Source: Octopus vulgaris | Lineage: Eukaryota | Reading direction: 5' to 3' | Assembly (NCBI GenBank): GCA_951406725.2 | Contig: OX597824.1 | Location: 33,852,001 to 33,916,000, forward strand | DNA: 64,000 nt | Shown here: piece after piece, positions 13,050-25,775 of the stretch | Layout of the letters: the number at the start of each line of letters is the position of its first letter | Position numbering within the stretch: the first letter of the stretch is position 1 | Position numbers and translations under genes: made by a program | Notes under the pieces: generated by a model | What the model was told of the DNA's origin: nothing | Database searches by the model: none | What the model saw: only the letters and a program-made list of their open reading frames with translations

Positions 13050-14240
13050 CCAAGAGAAGTGGCTGTGTGTCAGGTAAAAGGTTAGAGTTTGATAGAGGGA
13101 TACAGATAGCTGTTTTACTATAGATGAGATACTAGGCCATAAAATAAAATGGAAGGCATATAAAACTAGGTAACAGTAACAATTATAAATAAATTATATT
13201 TAAATCTGAGCAGAGGGGCAGAAAATAGGAATACTTGTCATTGTGTGTTAATGTAGAATGCGAGAAATTTTGAATATGTTGAAGTGGGTTGTTGTTTGAC
13301 CCCAGGTCAATCCTTACCAATTAGACTTATGATCTAGTATTTTTATGACTGTCTAGAACTATATTGCCCTTTCCCTTTCTAAGATAGTGTGATTTGAGGG
13401 GAATACTGTTGTTATTTCTAGTAAATTGTGATGAGTAAAAAACTTCACTAATTCTGCATCAAAAACTACTATTTTAAAATATGGCCAAAATAAAAAAAGA
13501 ATCATTACAAAAATAATGGTTAATGAATGATGACAAATTTTGACATCCTTATTATAATGGAGCTTATGTATGTCTATCTATGTATGTAACTGAAACACTG
13601 CTAGCCCTTCCTTTCACAACATATCATACCTTTTCTTAGTAACTCATACTACACATCACGGGAAGCTTTACGAAAATAAACAAAAGACGAAGGCAGGTCC
13701 CCCTTACATTCACCACCTCTCTCAAAGCATAAATAGTGTGACAGAGAGAGAGAGACAGACAGACAGACACAGAATGGAGAGAGAGAAGGTTGTTTTCCTG
13801 CCTCCTTAATCGTTGCCTAGCAATATTTTTTCCTGTGTAAGGTGTTGTTAATGTACACTGGCTGGTTTGGCAGCTCCACATGGAAGCTTTTACTTGCAGA
13901 ATGTAGCAACCAAATCACCCTCAAATCATACCTTTAACCTATTAAATAAAGAAAATATTGAACAAGAGACTTCCTAATATACAAAACTATTGGCTGATTA
14001 CAACTAGAAGAAATAGGTCTGTTTGATCAAAGTTGTTCTGGAGTTGAACAACTCAGCTTACTTCAAGCTGAGGAAAGGCTTCTGTGTGGCCGCTCACCTT
14101 GCTACAAATATCACCCAAATGTATCCCATCTTTTCATTCATTACACTCAGGAACACTTTCTCCAGTAAATCTGTTTTTAAGAAGTAATATGTGGTTTGAG
14201 GTAAACTAGGTTGCTGTGTCTAGAAAGTCAAGGGATCACG

Positions 14241-15750
14241 TACAAGGAGGTGCTGAAAAATTCTGGTCAATATACAGTTTATGAACCTAATCACAAAAAA
14301 TAAAAAGCCTACTAGGTGTTAAAAAAAAATGTGTCGGAAATGAATATTAAATCAAAAGTTAGTAATATTTCATGATGTTAATGCAAATGAACAGGGGGGG
14401 GGGTAGAGGACTTTTGGAAAATTTACAAGATCCAATATATTTCAGTAATATATATCCATTTTCCTGAAAGTTTTCAGGAAAAGGATATATATTACTGAAA
14501 TTTTATAGAAATACCGTTCAAATGGCACAAATTACTTTTCTGGGGAAAATGCTTTCCAAAGAGGTGGGGAGAAGATTTCGGAAAAGTCACACGATCAGTT
14601 TTTTACCTTCATAACTTTCAAGATCTAGTTTAGTGCCTGGTCACCAAAACGACAAGAAATAAAAAAAAACAGTCTAATAGAAAAAAAAAAAAAGTGTAGA
14701 AAGCGAATATGAAAACAAAAATTTGTGAAAATGAATGGGGGTGGGTGAGGATAGAGGAGTTTCGAAAAGTTCACACGATCTGATTTTTTCCCTCATAACT
14801 TTCAGGAAAGTGGTTGGTTAGCTTTTAATGAAATTTTACAGAAACACCTTTCAAATAGCATAGATTACGATGATAAAGAAATTTGTGAGGAAAATGTTTT
14901 CCGAAGGGATAGGGAGAAAAGTCTTTTCTGAAAAACTTCTTTAAAAAATATCCATTTTCCTGAAAGTTGTGAGGGAAAAATTTGGATCGTGTGAATTTTC
15001 CGTAAGTTCTTTCCCCACCCACCCCATTCATTTGCACAAATTTTTGTTTTCATATTTGTTTTCTACACGTCTTTTTACACCTAGTAAACTAATCTTTTTT
15101 CACTTTGGTAACCAAGTGCTAAACTAGATCCTGAAAGTTATGAGGGGAAAAAAACGGATCGTGTGACTTTTCCGACTGCCCTCTCCTCACCTCTTCGGAG
15201 AACATTTTCCCCACAGATTTCTTCATAATCGTAATCTATGCTGTTTGAAAGGTGCTTCTGTAAAATTTCATTGAAAGATATCCATTTCCCTGAAAGTTAT
15301 GAGGGAAAAAAACGGATCGTGTAAATTTTCCGAATTCTTTTCACCACCCCTTCGGAAAATATTTTCCCCAGAAATTTCTTTATAATCGTAATTTGTGCCA
15401 TTTGAACAGCATTTCCACAAAATTTCATCAAAATACATTTTCCTGGAAATTATGAGGGAAAAATCGGATCTTGTAAATTTTCCGAAAGTCCTCTCGTTTG
15501 CACAAATTTTTGTTTTCTTATTCGTTCTTTTTGTTGTTTTTTGTGACACTGTATATTGACCAAAATTCCTTGCTTTTTAAGAGTGTCGCGAAAGGCCTGA
15601 TTGGAGGCCCGACCTTCCGAGTTCTTTTACAGGGCCGCTGCAATAAGTGTCTGAATTAGAGAGGGGAATATGTTGAACAAAATCATAATTAATTGATCCT
15701 CCTGTATTTTCGTTTACCAAAAGCCAGGAACTTTTCAGCGCCACCTCGTA
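14241..15750. mobile_element. Mariner-type MITE interrupted by a nested element
   Basis: TIRs TAcaaggaggtgctgaaaaattc... and ...aagccaggaacttttcagcgccacctcgTA. The left TIR is split by the insertion. Confidence 0.75.
14265..15561. mobile_element. Foldback-type non-autonomous DNA element (possibly Merlin-like)
   Basis: Termini GGTCAATATACAG and CTGTATATTGACC. Flanks aaaattct/aaaattcc. Long modular internal inverted arms. Confidence 0.7.
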
Positions 15751-17438
15751 TAAACTGAGAAAGTTTCAGCTATTCTGAGGGTCGATGTCTTGGCTTACTT
15801 AATCAGTTAAACCCAGAAAATCCAGCATAATAATATCATTTAATTGCATTGACATTAGTGACAATATACAAAGACACGATCTATTTATTATGACACCTCA
15901 TCTGATTATATTGTAATCTAAGACTATTAACCTAATTTTGGGATATAAAAATTTGTTTTAATATTTACATCTACATTTGATATTTACATCGCGAGCCACA
16001 GCGACAAGCCACTACGTGATGCTTCGATCTGCTAGAAAAAGTAGCCAATTTTCCATCAAATCACAGTATACTTTCTTGGAAATGAATGACATTTATATGA
16101 AGTATTTATGGATGGACAAAGAAGAAAGACCGGTTCTTTTTCAATTTCCGGGACATCAAGGGAGTAGAAGTATTTAGCTTGTTAAAAGTTCAAGTGTAGC
16201 AAAAGGTGAAAATATTTAACTATATTATACAATTAGACATTATACAACACTACAAAATGCTAGATATTATAAAGTATCTAGTATGTCGTTCCGATTATTT
16301 CAATCGGATCTAAATATATAGGGTAATTAAAGTAAGCAAAGATTGGCTATTATGCAATTATGAAACATTTGAAGGATCCGACTCAAATAATGGGATGATT
16401 TATAAATCCCTGGATCGTTTATAGTTTCTTCTAAGCCGGTACTCTACTCTCCTGTAATTCACTTTTATTATTGAAAATGTTTCTTCTGTTATACTTTCGT
16501 TTCCCCTCCGCAAATATAAGAATTAAAGAACGAAAGTTTTCAGTGATGAACGTAAACAGTCGAATGCAGAGTGTAATACTAGATACTCTAAAGTATCCAG
16601 TACGTCATTCCGATTATTTCAATCGGATCTAAATATATAGAGTAATTAAAGTAAACAAAGATTAGCTATTAACAAAGTGTATCAAACGTTAAGAGAATTA
16701 AAGCGATAAACAAATGAACGTAATAATACAATACGTGTTCTAAATAATAGTTTTTCTTCATGGCATATCGCACCCGACTTCGCCGTGGATATGAAACTCA
16801 TTGAAGATCCACTACGATGCATTTAAACAATTATCTATAAATATAGGATCCGTTAATCATTTGTAAAATACAAATCACACTTTCATTTATCACCGGGCAG
16901 AATACCTGCACTTTTGACAAGGTAAGCACTTTTAATTTCATATGGACTCAGGGAAGGAGAAAGTGACACGGGTAGAGTGATTACAGCTAAATGGTTTTTA
17001 TCATAGATCGGCTAGACCAGAATTATTCCGAAGCTAAATAACATGTTTACATCTATCAATATACGAAAAAGGCCTGAAACAAGGAATGATCACGGGTAGA
17101 TCTTGTTGAGTTTATTTAGATCAGGGCTACCCTAAAGCTAAATAACAATATATTTACATTTAACAATATACGAAAAAAAACAAAACATCAAGGATGAGAC
17201 GATCGCGGCTTGTTGGTCTTTCTTACAGCTCTGTGCGATCGGGGCTACCTGCACTAAACAATAACATATTTACATGTATACTGATAAATGTAAATATTTT
17301 GATATTTTTCACTCCGCAAAATGACAATCTTATTAACATTAACTCATCTCAGATAATTATTAAACATTAACAATTCAGAGAACGATCTTAATACTACGTT
17401 GAGAGAAATATAAAAGTAAAACATTAGTTTTATTTTAC

Positions 17439-17528
17439 CTCTGGTGGTAAGGAACTATTTAAAGATACTTGAGCTTTGTTGTCACTTAGGTGACAAGACG
17501 ATGCGAAGAAATCCTCCAGATTCTTCAT
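17439..17528 (-). CDS. GTPBP2: GTP-binding protein 2, coding exon 1
   Basis: ATG...MKNLEDFFASSCHLSDNKAQVSLNSSLPPE then GT donor, 90 nt, phase 0. LPPE joins the next exon to give the conserved LPPE-xE-GNIEYK motif. Confidence 0.85.
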
Positions 17529-19756
17529 CGTGTCTGTCGATTACCTGCTCCTAATAAATCGGTAATCAAGACGTTGATTCGTGTATAAACGGTGAATAGA
17601 TGTTGCAGTCAGGTGAACTGTATCCATAAGTACGTCGCTTTCTGATACAAGTGATATATATCTTGTAATAAAAGTGGAGGTGGAGGAGTCTTCGATGATA
17701 ATTTTAGCTGACCATTGTGGTTGAGGGAAACGCAGTGGCGCTGCTGTAGGCAAACAAATATAATCAAGGAATATAACTCTTTACCTCCTCTAAACATCAA
17801 TTCTTTCTCTCTTTCTCTACTATATTGCATGATATCGTATTAAATTGCGTCATATCTAATTTCTTCTGCATGGTTGGATGATAATAAACTAATAAAAACA
17901 TTTACATCATACAATGATGAAATATTAAGTTATATAGTCGCTGGATTGCATAATACATAAGTGTTGGGAGGTGCCTGTATGTTGGTGAGGAATACCAATT
18001 GTTGCAGAGCTAAGGATTGCGAACTATTGCGCAAGATTTGGTTTTTTGCTCCGGGAGCATCAGTATATGGGGAATTGAGTGCAAGTATCAAGAAGAATTG
18101 TGAACATTGAAGTCCTCAAAGACGATGATTTCAATAAAGGTTATTACAATAACAAGTTATCGACAATATGGTCGGGGGAAAATACGTCAAAGGAACTTTT
18201 ACATGTTAAATACAATGACTGTAGGGTTTTACATATGTTATAAAGCAGTTGAAAGACTTTATTTAATTTAGATTATCTATGCAATTAATAGAAAAAAAAT
18301 TCATTCTAAGTTTGTTAAAAAAAAAACTTAAGAAAATAAATAAACCAAGGGAGGTAACTCCAATAAAATTAATTGAAATGCTTCGGTGTAATATGGGAGT
18401 GGATTTGGTTTTTAACCAATTGATAGAAGTAACGACCGTGTTTCGATTTCATTAGACCACTTTCTATTTAGCACTGGTCGCAGAGAGTTGTATGAAGCAT
18501 AAATATGGCGCTTGCTAGGCGAAGATTGTGGTATACAACTATGCTACAATTGGTTAATAATGGTAGTCAAGGTCAACCACTTGTTGCTGTACCTTGGAAT
18601 ATTTGATATGTTAGAACTTAGCTTTGATTGTAGCAACAATGGGTGTAGCTGTCTCTAGAATCTTGGTATTAGCAACATCTAACACCAGCTGATTGCTTGT
18701 GTCAGGAGTTACAAGTACCATTTGAAAGCTTGAAGGTAATCACTGTGTAAAAGCTCACAGAGTAATTTGTCCTCAGTACAGCTATATTTGCTTGCAAAGT
18801 TGGTGTCTGTGTCGCGTTCGTCTGGGAAGCTATAAGATCCCTAATGTTCGCGATCCAATATCAAAGAGCGTCGACAGATAAGTCTTTCAAGTCCATATAG
18901 TTTGTCTGTCGATGGTGGTCTTTTAGGCAGGATTGCAATAATTCAGTTAAATTTCGTGCGTTACTGAGTTATATTCCGAATTGCAAGTTGTCCCTCAACT
19001 TCTGAAAACAAAAGAATAAGGCCTACGAGCGAAAAGGGAGGGAGTTTTCGGTCTCAATAGCTACGATAGGGTTAGTCCAAGGGTTTATATTCCGGGTGTG
19101 CTAGGTGTGCGCAGAACACACATCGAAAATGGCAAATTCATTACAAATATTAATTTAATCACAAATCTTAATGGAAAACTTTTGTTGTACCCCTGCTTGA
19201 AATTTGGTGGCATTGGGTGGAGCAGCACACCCAGTACAACAACCATCATACGCCACTGGGTTAGTCGTGTTTGTAGATTACTCCTGAGTTATGAGAAAGT
19301 ATATGAGAAAACCACACAGATACTGAACGTATACAAGTAACAATTAGAACATCCCTCGAAGGGTCCCATGGGAGTTAAATGAAGGCGACTTAAATAAGGT
19401 ATCAATCGGTGTAGAGATGACATTAAGGTCAGCAATGTATTGTCTTTCAAGATTTACAGAAAAATTAGTGGAAAAACTTACTACGAGTTGGGGGCATCAG
19501 ACAATATACTGACTCCTGTCGCTAGCTGGTTATTGACAATTAATTGAATGACAGCTCAATAAAATTTCCAAAACCTCAATATTCTTGTTTCCCATGCTAT
19601 CAAAATAACACAAATATGTTATTACGGAGATGTACTTGCATAGCGAGTGACTTGATCTGAGATCGTGTGCTGGAACGAAAACAGTTGCAGCGTGGAAGAT
19701 GTTTATAAGCCATTTAAGAAACACACAAAAACCGTTAGATTCACTTTAACTTATAA

Positions 19757-19872
19757 ATTTAATTTGTCAAAATATTTCCGTCGCTTTGAGACCACGACCT
19801 GTTAACTGACAAAGTTTTATCAGTGAACAGGTCGCGGTCTCAAAGCGAAGAAAATATTTTGACAAATTAAAT
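19757..19872. ncRNA. Inverted pair of minimal hammerhead-like motifs with a G3:C8 core
   Basis: Consensus of the two arms: TTGTCA-GTGAACA-G-GTCGC-ggtctcaaa-GCGAC-GAAAATATT-T-TGACAA. Confidence 0.5.
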
Positions 19873-21131
19873 ACAAATATGTTAGCTATCAAGCAAAGTG
19901 AAGGAGTTGCATAGCAGTTAAATCACAATGATATTTATAACACATAAAAGATAAACTAAGTTTTACATGCTTTCGTTGTTAGAGAGATATGGAAAGACAT
20001 ATCTAGAAGAATGGTTTCGGCCATATGTTTAGCTATACAAACTGGATCAGGTGTGAAGCACACTTGTAGTCAGGTGTAGTGGGCATAAAAACGGTTGGGT
20101 TCTGACAGGTTAATTGAATCTCCTTAAGTCCTATGTTACTTCCCATATACAGCCCCGATGAAATTTAATGAACACAAGAAAACTTCTCAAAATCCTGTCC
20201 ATATGGTACAACGGCCTGAGCACTTTGTTCCACCTGACAAGCAAAGACAGTTTCCAAGGAAATGTTCCGCCGAAAGTAGCGCATTGAGAGGTGTGATATA
20301 TATTTAAACCGGGTTGCATTGCGACTAAACGTACCCAAGAACTAAACGGTGGTGTTAAACTTGGCCTGCATAACGAGCAGCTTTCTGAAAAAAAAAAAAT
20401 AGAAGAGATGAGAAAGAAAGAAAGAAAGAAAAGATAGCCAGATGAGTAAAAAGTAAAACTAGGGAACAGATGCCGAAGTTTAAATCCTTGCTTTGGCCAG
20501 GACAAAAGTAAAAAGGCGGAGAGAGAGAGGTGGGGAAGAAGTTTTAAGATGTTGTTGATTCGAACTGAGCACCTTCCAGTAATGACTAATTCAAAAATTA
20601 TCTGTCAACAATTGTTGTCAGAAGACCAAATACCATACAGTAATTTTCTCCGTAGTTATTAACATTCTCTCTTCTCCGATACTTCCGACATGAATACTTA
20701 AGCTGCCTTGTATAAAATAGCAAGGAATTTTAATTGAAATCACACCCATGATAATGATTTTTAAAATTTTATTTCGTTAAAAAAACATTTTATTGAAATA
20801 AACTCTAATAACATGTTCTTAAGTGATAAACTATAGAATTTAGAACTATACTTGCTAATGATTAATAGTAATAACATGATAAAACAGAAAACCACCATCA
20901 TCATCGACCTCTGGATATTGTTGTCTTGAGTCCTAGAAATCATAAGGGCCAATTACTCGGCTTCCATGGCGTATAAGCGTCAAAGATCACAACGTTCCTT
21001 ATGTATAGGACACCAGTCCATCGCAGGATTACTTATTACTATTTAAGTTATTCTGTATGTTTAACTTTAGTTTCACTTGTTTAGTAGGATTCATTAATTT
21101 TGTCATTAAATGTATAAACAACTAAATATAT

Positions 21132-21536
21132 GGATCTTTTCGGTTTGAAAGGCAGTTTTTTAAAATAATTTCCACGTAACTAAACACTTTTAAACTTCGT
21201 ATACTGGTAGAATGTGTTTATAAACATCTTTTTCTTTTGGCTTTATTGAGAAAATTCTATAGTTTGTAATATATTTGTTGTTTTTTTCTTCAATTTCTGC
21301 AATTTCAACCAATCACTGACGTCTATTGAGGTGAAAACATTGTGTCGTATGAATATGTCCCTCGTTTAAGAAATAGATAGGGTTTATTTACATTTCTGAA
21401 GAAAAAGATACCCTTCCCCTCACCCCTAACCCTAAAACAGATTGAAATGCAATAGATCGATACTAGGGTCATAATTATGGGTAACAATTTCATATGACAC
21501 CGCTAGAAAAAACTGCCGTTCAAACCGGAAAGATCC
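21132..21536. mobile_element. Merlin-like MITE, copy 1
   Basis: About 28-bp TIRs GGATCTTTTCGGTTTGAA(A/C)GGCAGTTTTT and a perfect 8-bp TSD aaatatat. Confidence 0.8.
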
Positions 21537-21904
21537 AAATATATTATACATATCACGTGATTACGTGACTGACTAGGCTATCAGATGCTGTTATACATCG
21601 CTTGTCACAATGCACTTTTGCATTGTTTTAGCTTTTGAATGATGCTACCCTGCTGGCTAAGCGAGCATGCCAACATTTCTCCTTATTGGAGGGCTAGTCC
21701 GTCGCAGTGTCATCCATATACAGCTTGAGTGGACTGAGTACAATGAAATGAAGTGTTTTGCTTAAGAACACAACGTTCTACTCGATCTGAGAAACAAAAC
21801 TACAATCTTGCAATCGTGAGTGCAACACCTGGGTTTACTAGGATACGCGCCTTCACCGAAGACGGAAAGGAGTAAAGAAAATAGAAATTAAGAAACAGAT
21901 ATCT

Positions 21905-22341
21905 CTCTCTATATAAACAGCAGTTTGTCTGTCTGTGTGTCTGTGTGTCTGTCAGGTTGTACCCTCATCCTGACCACGGCTTTCAACCGATTCTGATGAA
22001 ACTTGACACACACATAGCCCAATGTCATAATTCAAAACTGACGCAGCGAAAAGTTTGAAAAGTTCCCCCAGTTCTGAAAAAATCGATAAATTCGACATGG
22101 GGTCGAGAATCTAAGCTTTTTATATGCAACACATTTTCTGTCTGGGACACACAACTCGACCGTTTTATCGCCCAAAGGGACAGCTAGGAACATTGTATAC
22201 ACAGAAGTATTCGAGTGAAGAGAAGACATTGCAACCTACACATGCGCCTTCGTTCCTTAGAGGGAAAGGACCAGATTGGGATTAGCCGTTGCCTACTAGG
22301 GGCTCTTACATACCCGGGCAACGCCGGGCTATGCTGCTACT
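21905..22341 (+). mobile_element. Non-autonomous Helitron
   Basis: 5' TCTATATAAA followed by a (TGTC)n tract. 3' hairpin cccgggcaacgccggg followed by a CTAG-like end (gctacta). Confidence 0.65.
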
Positions 22342-23504
22342 ATAAGATAAAGAGACGTAGACACATCTTTAATTATACACTGCACCAAAACACTCAATGC
22401 ATGACCGCGTATGATTGCGACACAGCGACATAGAGATGGCGAAACAGCCAGCCACCCACACATCAGCGACGCAAGATTTTAACAAAGAAGTAAAATAAAA
22501 CTCCCTGCCAATAGCCAGAGATCAACCTCTCTAACGAACTCTTCAAAAACTACAGATTGAAAACTGTAATTTGCCGATATATTATGGTATTTCCGCGTCT
22601 TATTCCGTTCAGCTACGAATGCAGTAGCCCCAATAATAAGGATGTAGGATGGAGCAAATGAGTTGCTGTCAAGAATAAACCATGAATCCATAGGGTCTTT
22701 TCCCATCGTCTCAGGACAATCCCACTGGTTTCAGAATCGAGGGAAATATTAAAGCTAGCTAGGATTGATTTAATTATTAGTTTCATCTCGTTTTGGCATC
22801 CAGAGTAACCTGCATTCAGTTGAGACAACAATCTTAAACATCCCTAATAATTAGTTAAATTAGAACAAGACCAGAAATTTGGGAGCGAGATTAGTCAATC
22901 AAATTGACTGCAGTACTTGTTTTATTCACCGTTTCCTATATCGGAAGCGATGGATACAGTGTACCGGGGGACACATTCTCCCCAAAATACCACGCAGTGG
23001 GATTGAACCCGAGACGACGTGGTTGCAAAACGAGTTTCTTAACCACACAATCATGCCTCACTTTTTGATACAATGTCGCTTTTGATCCTGCAACGACTAT
23101 GAGTTGTTTGAATCATGTTACATTGCAAAGTCCACTGATCGCATTTAAGTTTTGCAAGAGCATTACACAGCACATTCCATTTTCAAGATCAAAACATGGA
23201 AAAGGATATTTCACCAAAACTAAGGCTGTTTAGGAACTCCATTGGATAATTTTACAGACTTACCTTCATCATCAGAAAAATTAATACTTTTATGGCCGCT
23301 GCTGGATCAAATCTATAATGATAATTTCCGTCCTAAAAACAGCATCATGATACTGTCTTAAGCTCGTAAAATATAATAACTCAGGATTGCAACCTCTTCT
23401 ACATAAATAAAAGAAAAAAAAACAACTGAGAATGATGTTTCATAGCTGACTTAGAAAAAGTGATGTTTCGTTTCCCCTTCATCTAAGTAAAAACGTAAAT
23501 ATCA

Positions 23505-24165
23505 TTTTCTACTCTAGGCACAAGGCCCAAAATTTTGGGAGAGGGGGCCAGTCGATTATATCGACCTCAGTATGCAACTGGTACTTAATTAATTAAAGGC
23601 GGCGAGCTGGCAGAGACGTTAGCACGCCGGACGAAATGCTTAGCGGTATTTCGTCTGCGGTTACGTTCTGAGTTCAAATTCCGCCGAGGTCGACTTTGCC
23701 TTTCATCCTTTCGGGGTCGATTAAATAATTACCAGTTACGCACTGGGGTCGATATAATCGACTTAATCCGTTTGTCCCCTCTGTGTAGCCCCTTGTGGGC
23801 AGTAAAGAAATAGGTACTTAATTTATCGACTCCGAAAGAATGAAAGGCAAAATCGACCTCGACGAAATTTGAACTCAGAACGTAAAGACAGATGAAATAC
23901 TGCCAAGCATTTCGCCCGGCGTGCTAACGTTTCTTATTTCTTTACTGCTCACAGGGGGCTACACGCAAAGGGGACTAACAAGGACAGACAAACGGATTAA
24001 GTCGATTGTATCGACCCCAATGCGTAACTGGTACTTATTTAATCGACTCCGAAAGGATGAAAGGCAAAGTCGACCTCGGCGGAATTTGAACCCAGAACGT
24101 AGCAGCAGACGAAATACCACTAAGTTTTGCCCGGCGTGCTAACGTTTCTACCAGCTCGCTGCCTT
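23505..24165. mobile_element. Cluster of three nested/adjacent family-B SINEs
   Basis: A plus-strand copy (about 23591-23812) sits inside a minus-strand copy with the duplication ggtacttaatt. A third, minus-strand copy abuts. Confidence 0.8.
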
Positions 24166-25775
24166 TGGATAAGTAAATATCGACCTCGCGATATTTACTT
24201 ATCTAGAAGTTTGAATCTATGTTTGGTATATCAATGGGCTCCTTTTATCTTTCTTGATGTTGCAACTAGATTTGTATCCGAATGACATTTGCTTGTTTGT
24301 CTGCAATGAATAGCGATTCTGTTATACTAGAATCATGGGGCTTTATAAAAGATGTTTGGATAGGACTGTATATGCAGTAACAAGGACTTTGTAAGTTGGA
24401 ATTTAGTGTTGCATGTCCAGAAGAAGCGTGACTTTTATTTTGGGTATTTTCGTCTCATTTAGAAAGCGGGATGATGGTAAGAGTTTTGTATGAATATATT
24501 AGAGTTTTGCGTAAACTGATATAATCCATTTTCAAAATCAAACTATGAAGCGGGGGATACGCTGCCAAATCCACAGCTTTTTAGAAACTTTATTTGATAA
24601 TTATACAGAATGTCAGCAAGATCGCAGGAAACCTTCCCTTTGTGACTGCTTGTTCATAAAATATGTTGATGATTTCTTCAGTTATAAAATTACCGACTGC
24701 ATCGAGTTTTAGTAGAAACTAGCTTCCCAATTGAAGTTAAAATAAAAGCACGATAAAGCCATCAATACTGCCATTTCAACTGACCCCGCTACATCTGGTC
24801 CGTCAAACTTTGATAATATTTTGCTCTTACTTTTTGTTTATTATATCCGACCAACTGGTCATTTAGTTACACTTTGTTGTTTTTTTAATATTTAATTAAA
24901 TTTAGTCATTAGATAGAAAGTTCGTTCACAATAAATATTTGCATGGAAAACTCCGATGATTTTTTTTTTTTTTTGAATGACAATGATGAAACTAATTTAT
25001 ATCGGTATGACATTTTTTGGAAATTAGAGAAATATGTTTCAACTGAAACATATCTCTCAACCTGAAAATTATTCTGATGAATTAAGTTTCCTAACGTAAT
25101 AATGAACAAGTTTGGAAAAAACTTTCCTTAAATATTTGACATTCCGAATGTAGAGTTACTTACCCTGAATTATGTTAGCAGACGATCGCTTTAAACTGCT
25201 GAGAAGATCAAAATCACAAAATAACATGAAGACGCCGAGAAATTTTAGATATATTTATATCATGGTGTCTATTAAACTTCCGAATAAATAACAATAGTAA
25301 ATTTTTAAATATATAGTGGATGCAGAAAGAATAGTTAGTTTCTCAATGATTGGTGAGGAAACTGACGGTTATTTGGTTGTGTTCTTGTGTCTTGATTTTA
25401 ATTGCGTGAAATAATAAAAAAAAAATTGAAGGCTGATTGGAAGGTCCGTTTTATTCTACTACTACTAAAATCACTACCAAGAAGATGATGATGATAATGG
25501 TAGTGGTGGTGGTGGCAGCGGTGATGATGATTTCATTTTAATTAGAAAACAATGTCTTGTAACAGACGTATGAAAGGAGATGCGTTTCATGCTCTATTTA
25601 TCCCGGACCGATTTAGTCAACTCTGCGGTAATTACGTACTTAACAGTTTGAATTTTTGTTCAGCATATCAACAAACTCTCGGTTATTGCCAAGAAATCTT
25701 CACACTTTCCTTGATTCTATAACTATTTTTGCGATTATGTGTTTGTTTCTTTATTTGAAATGAGAATGATAATAA

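Noticed and set aside
18505-18606. ATGGCG-starting short ORF or divergent gene upstream of GTPBP2
   Set aside because: Only about 33 codons, with no recognisable domain or convincing splice chain.
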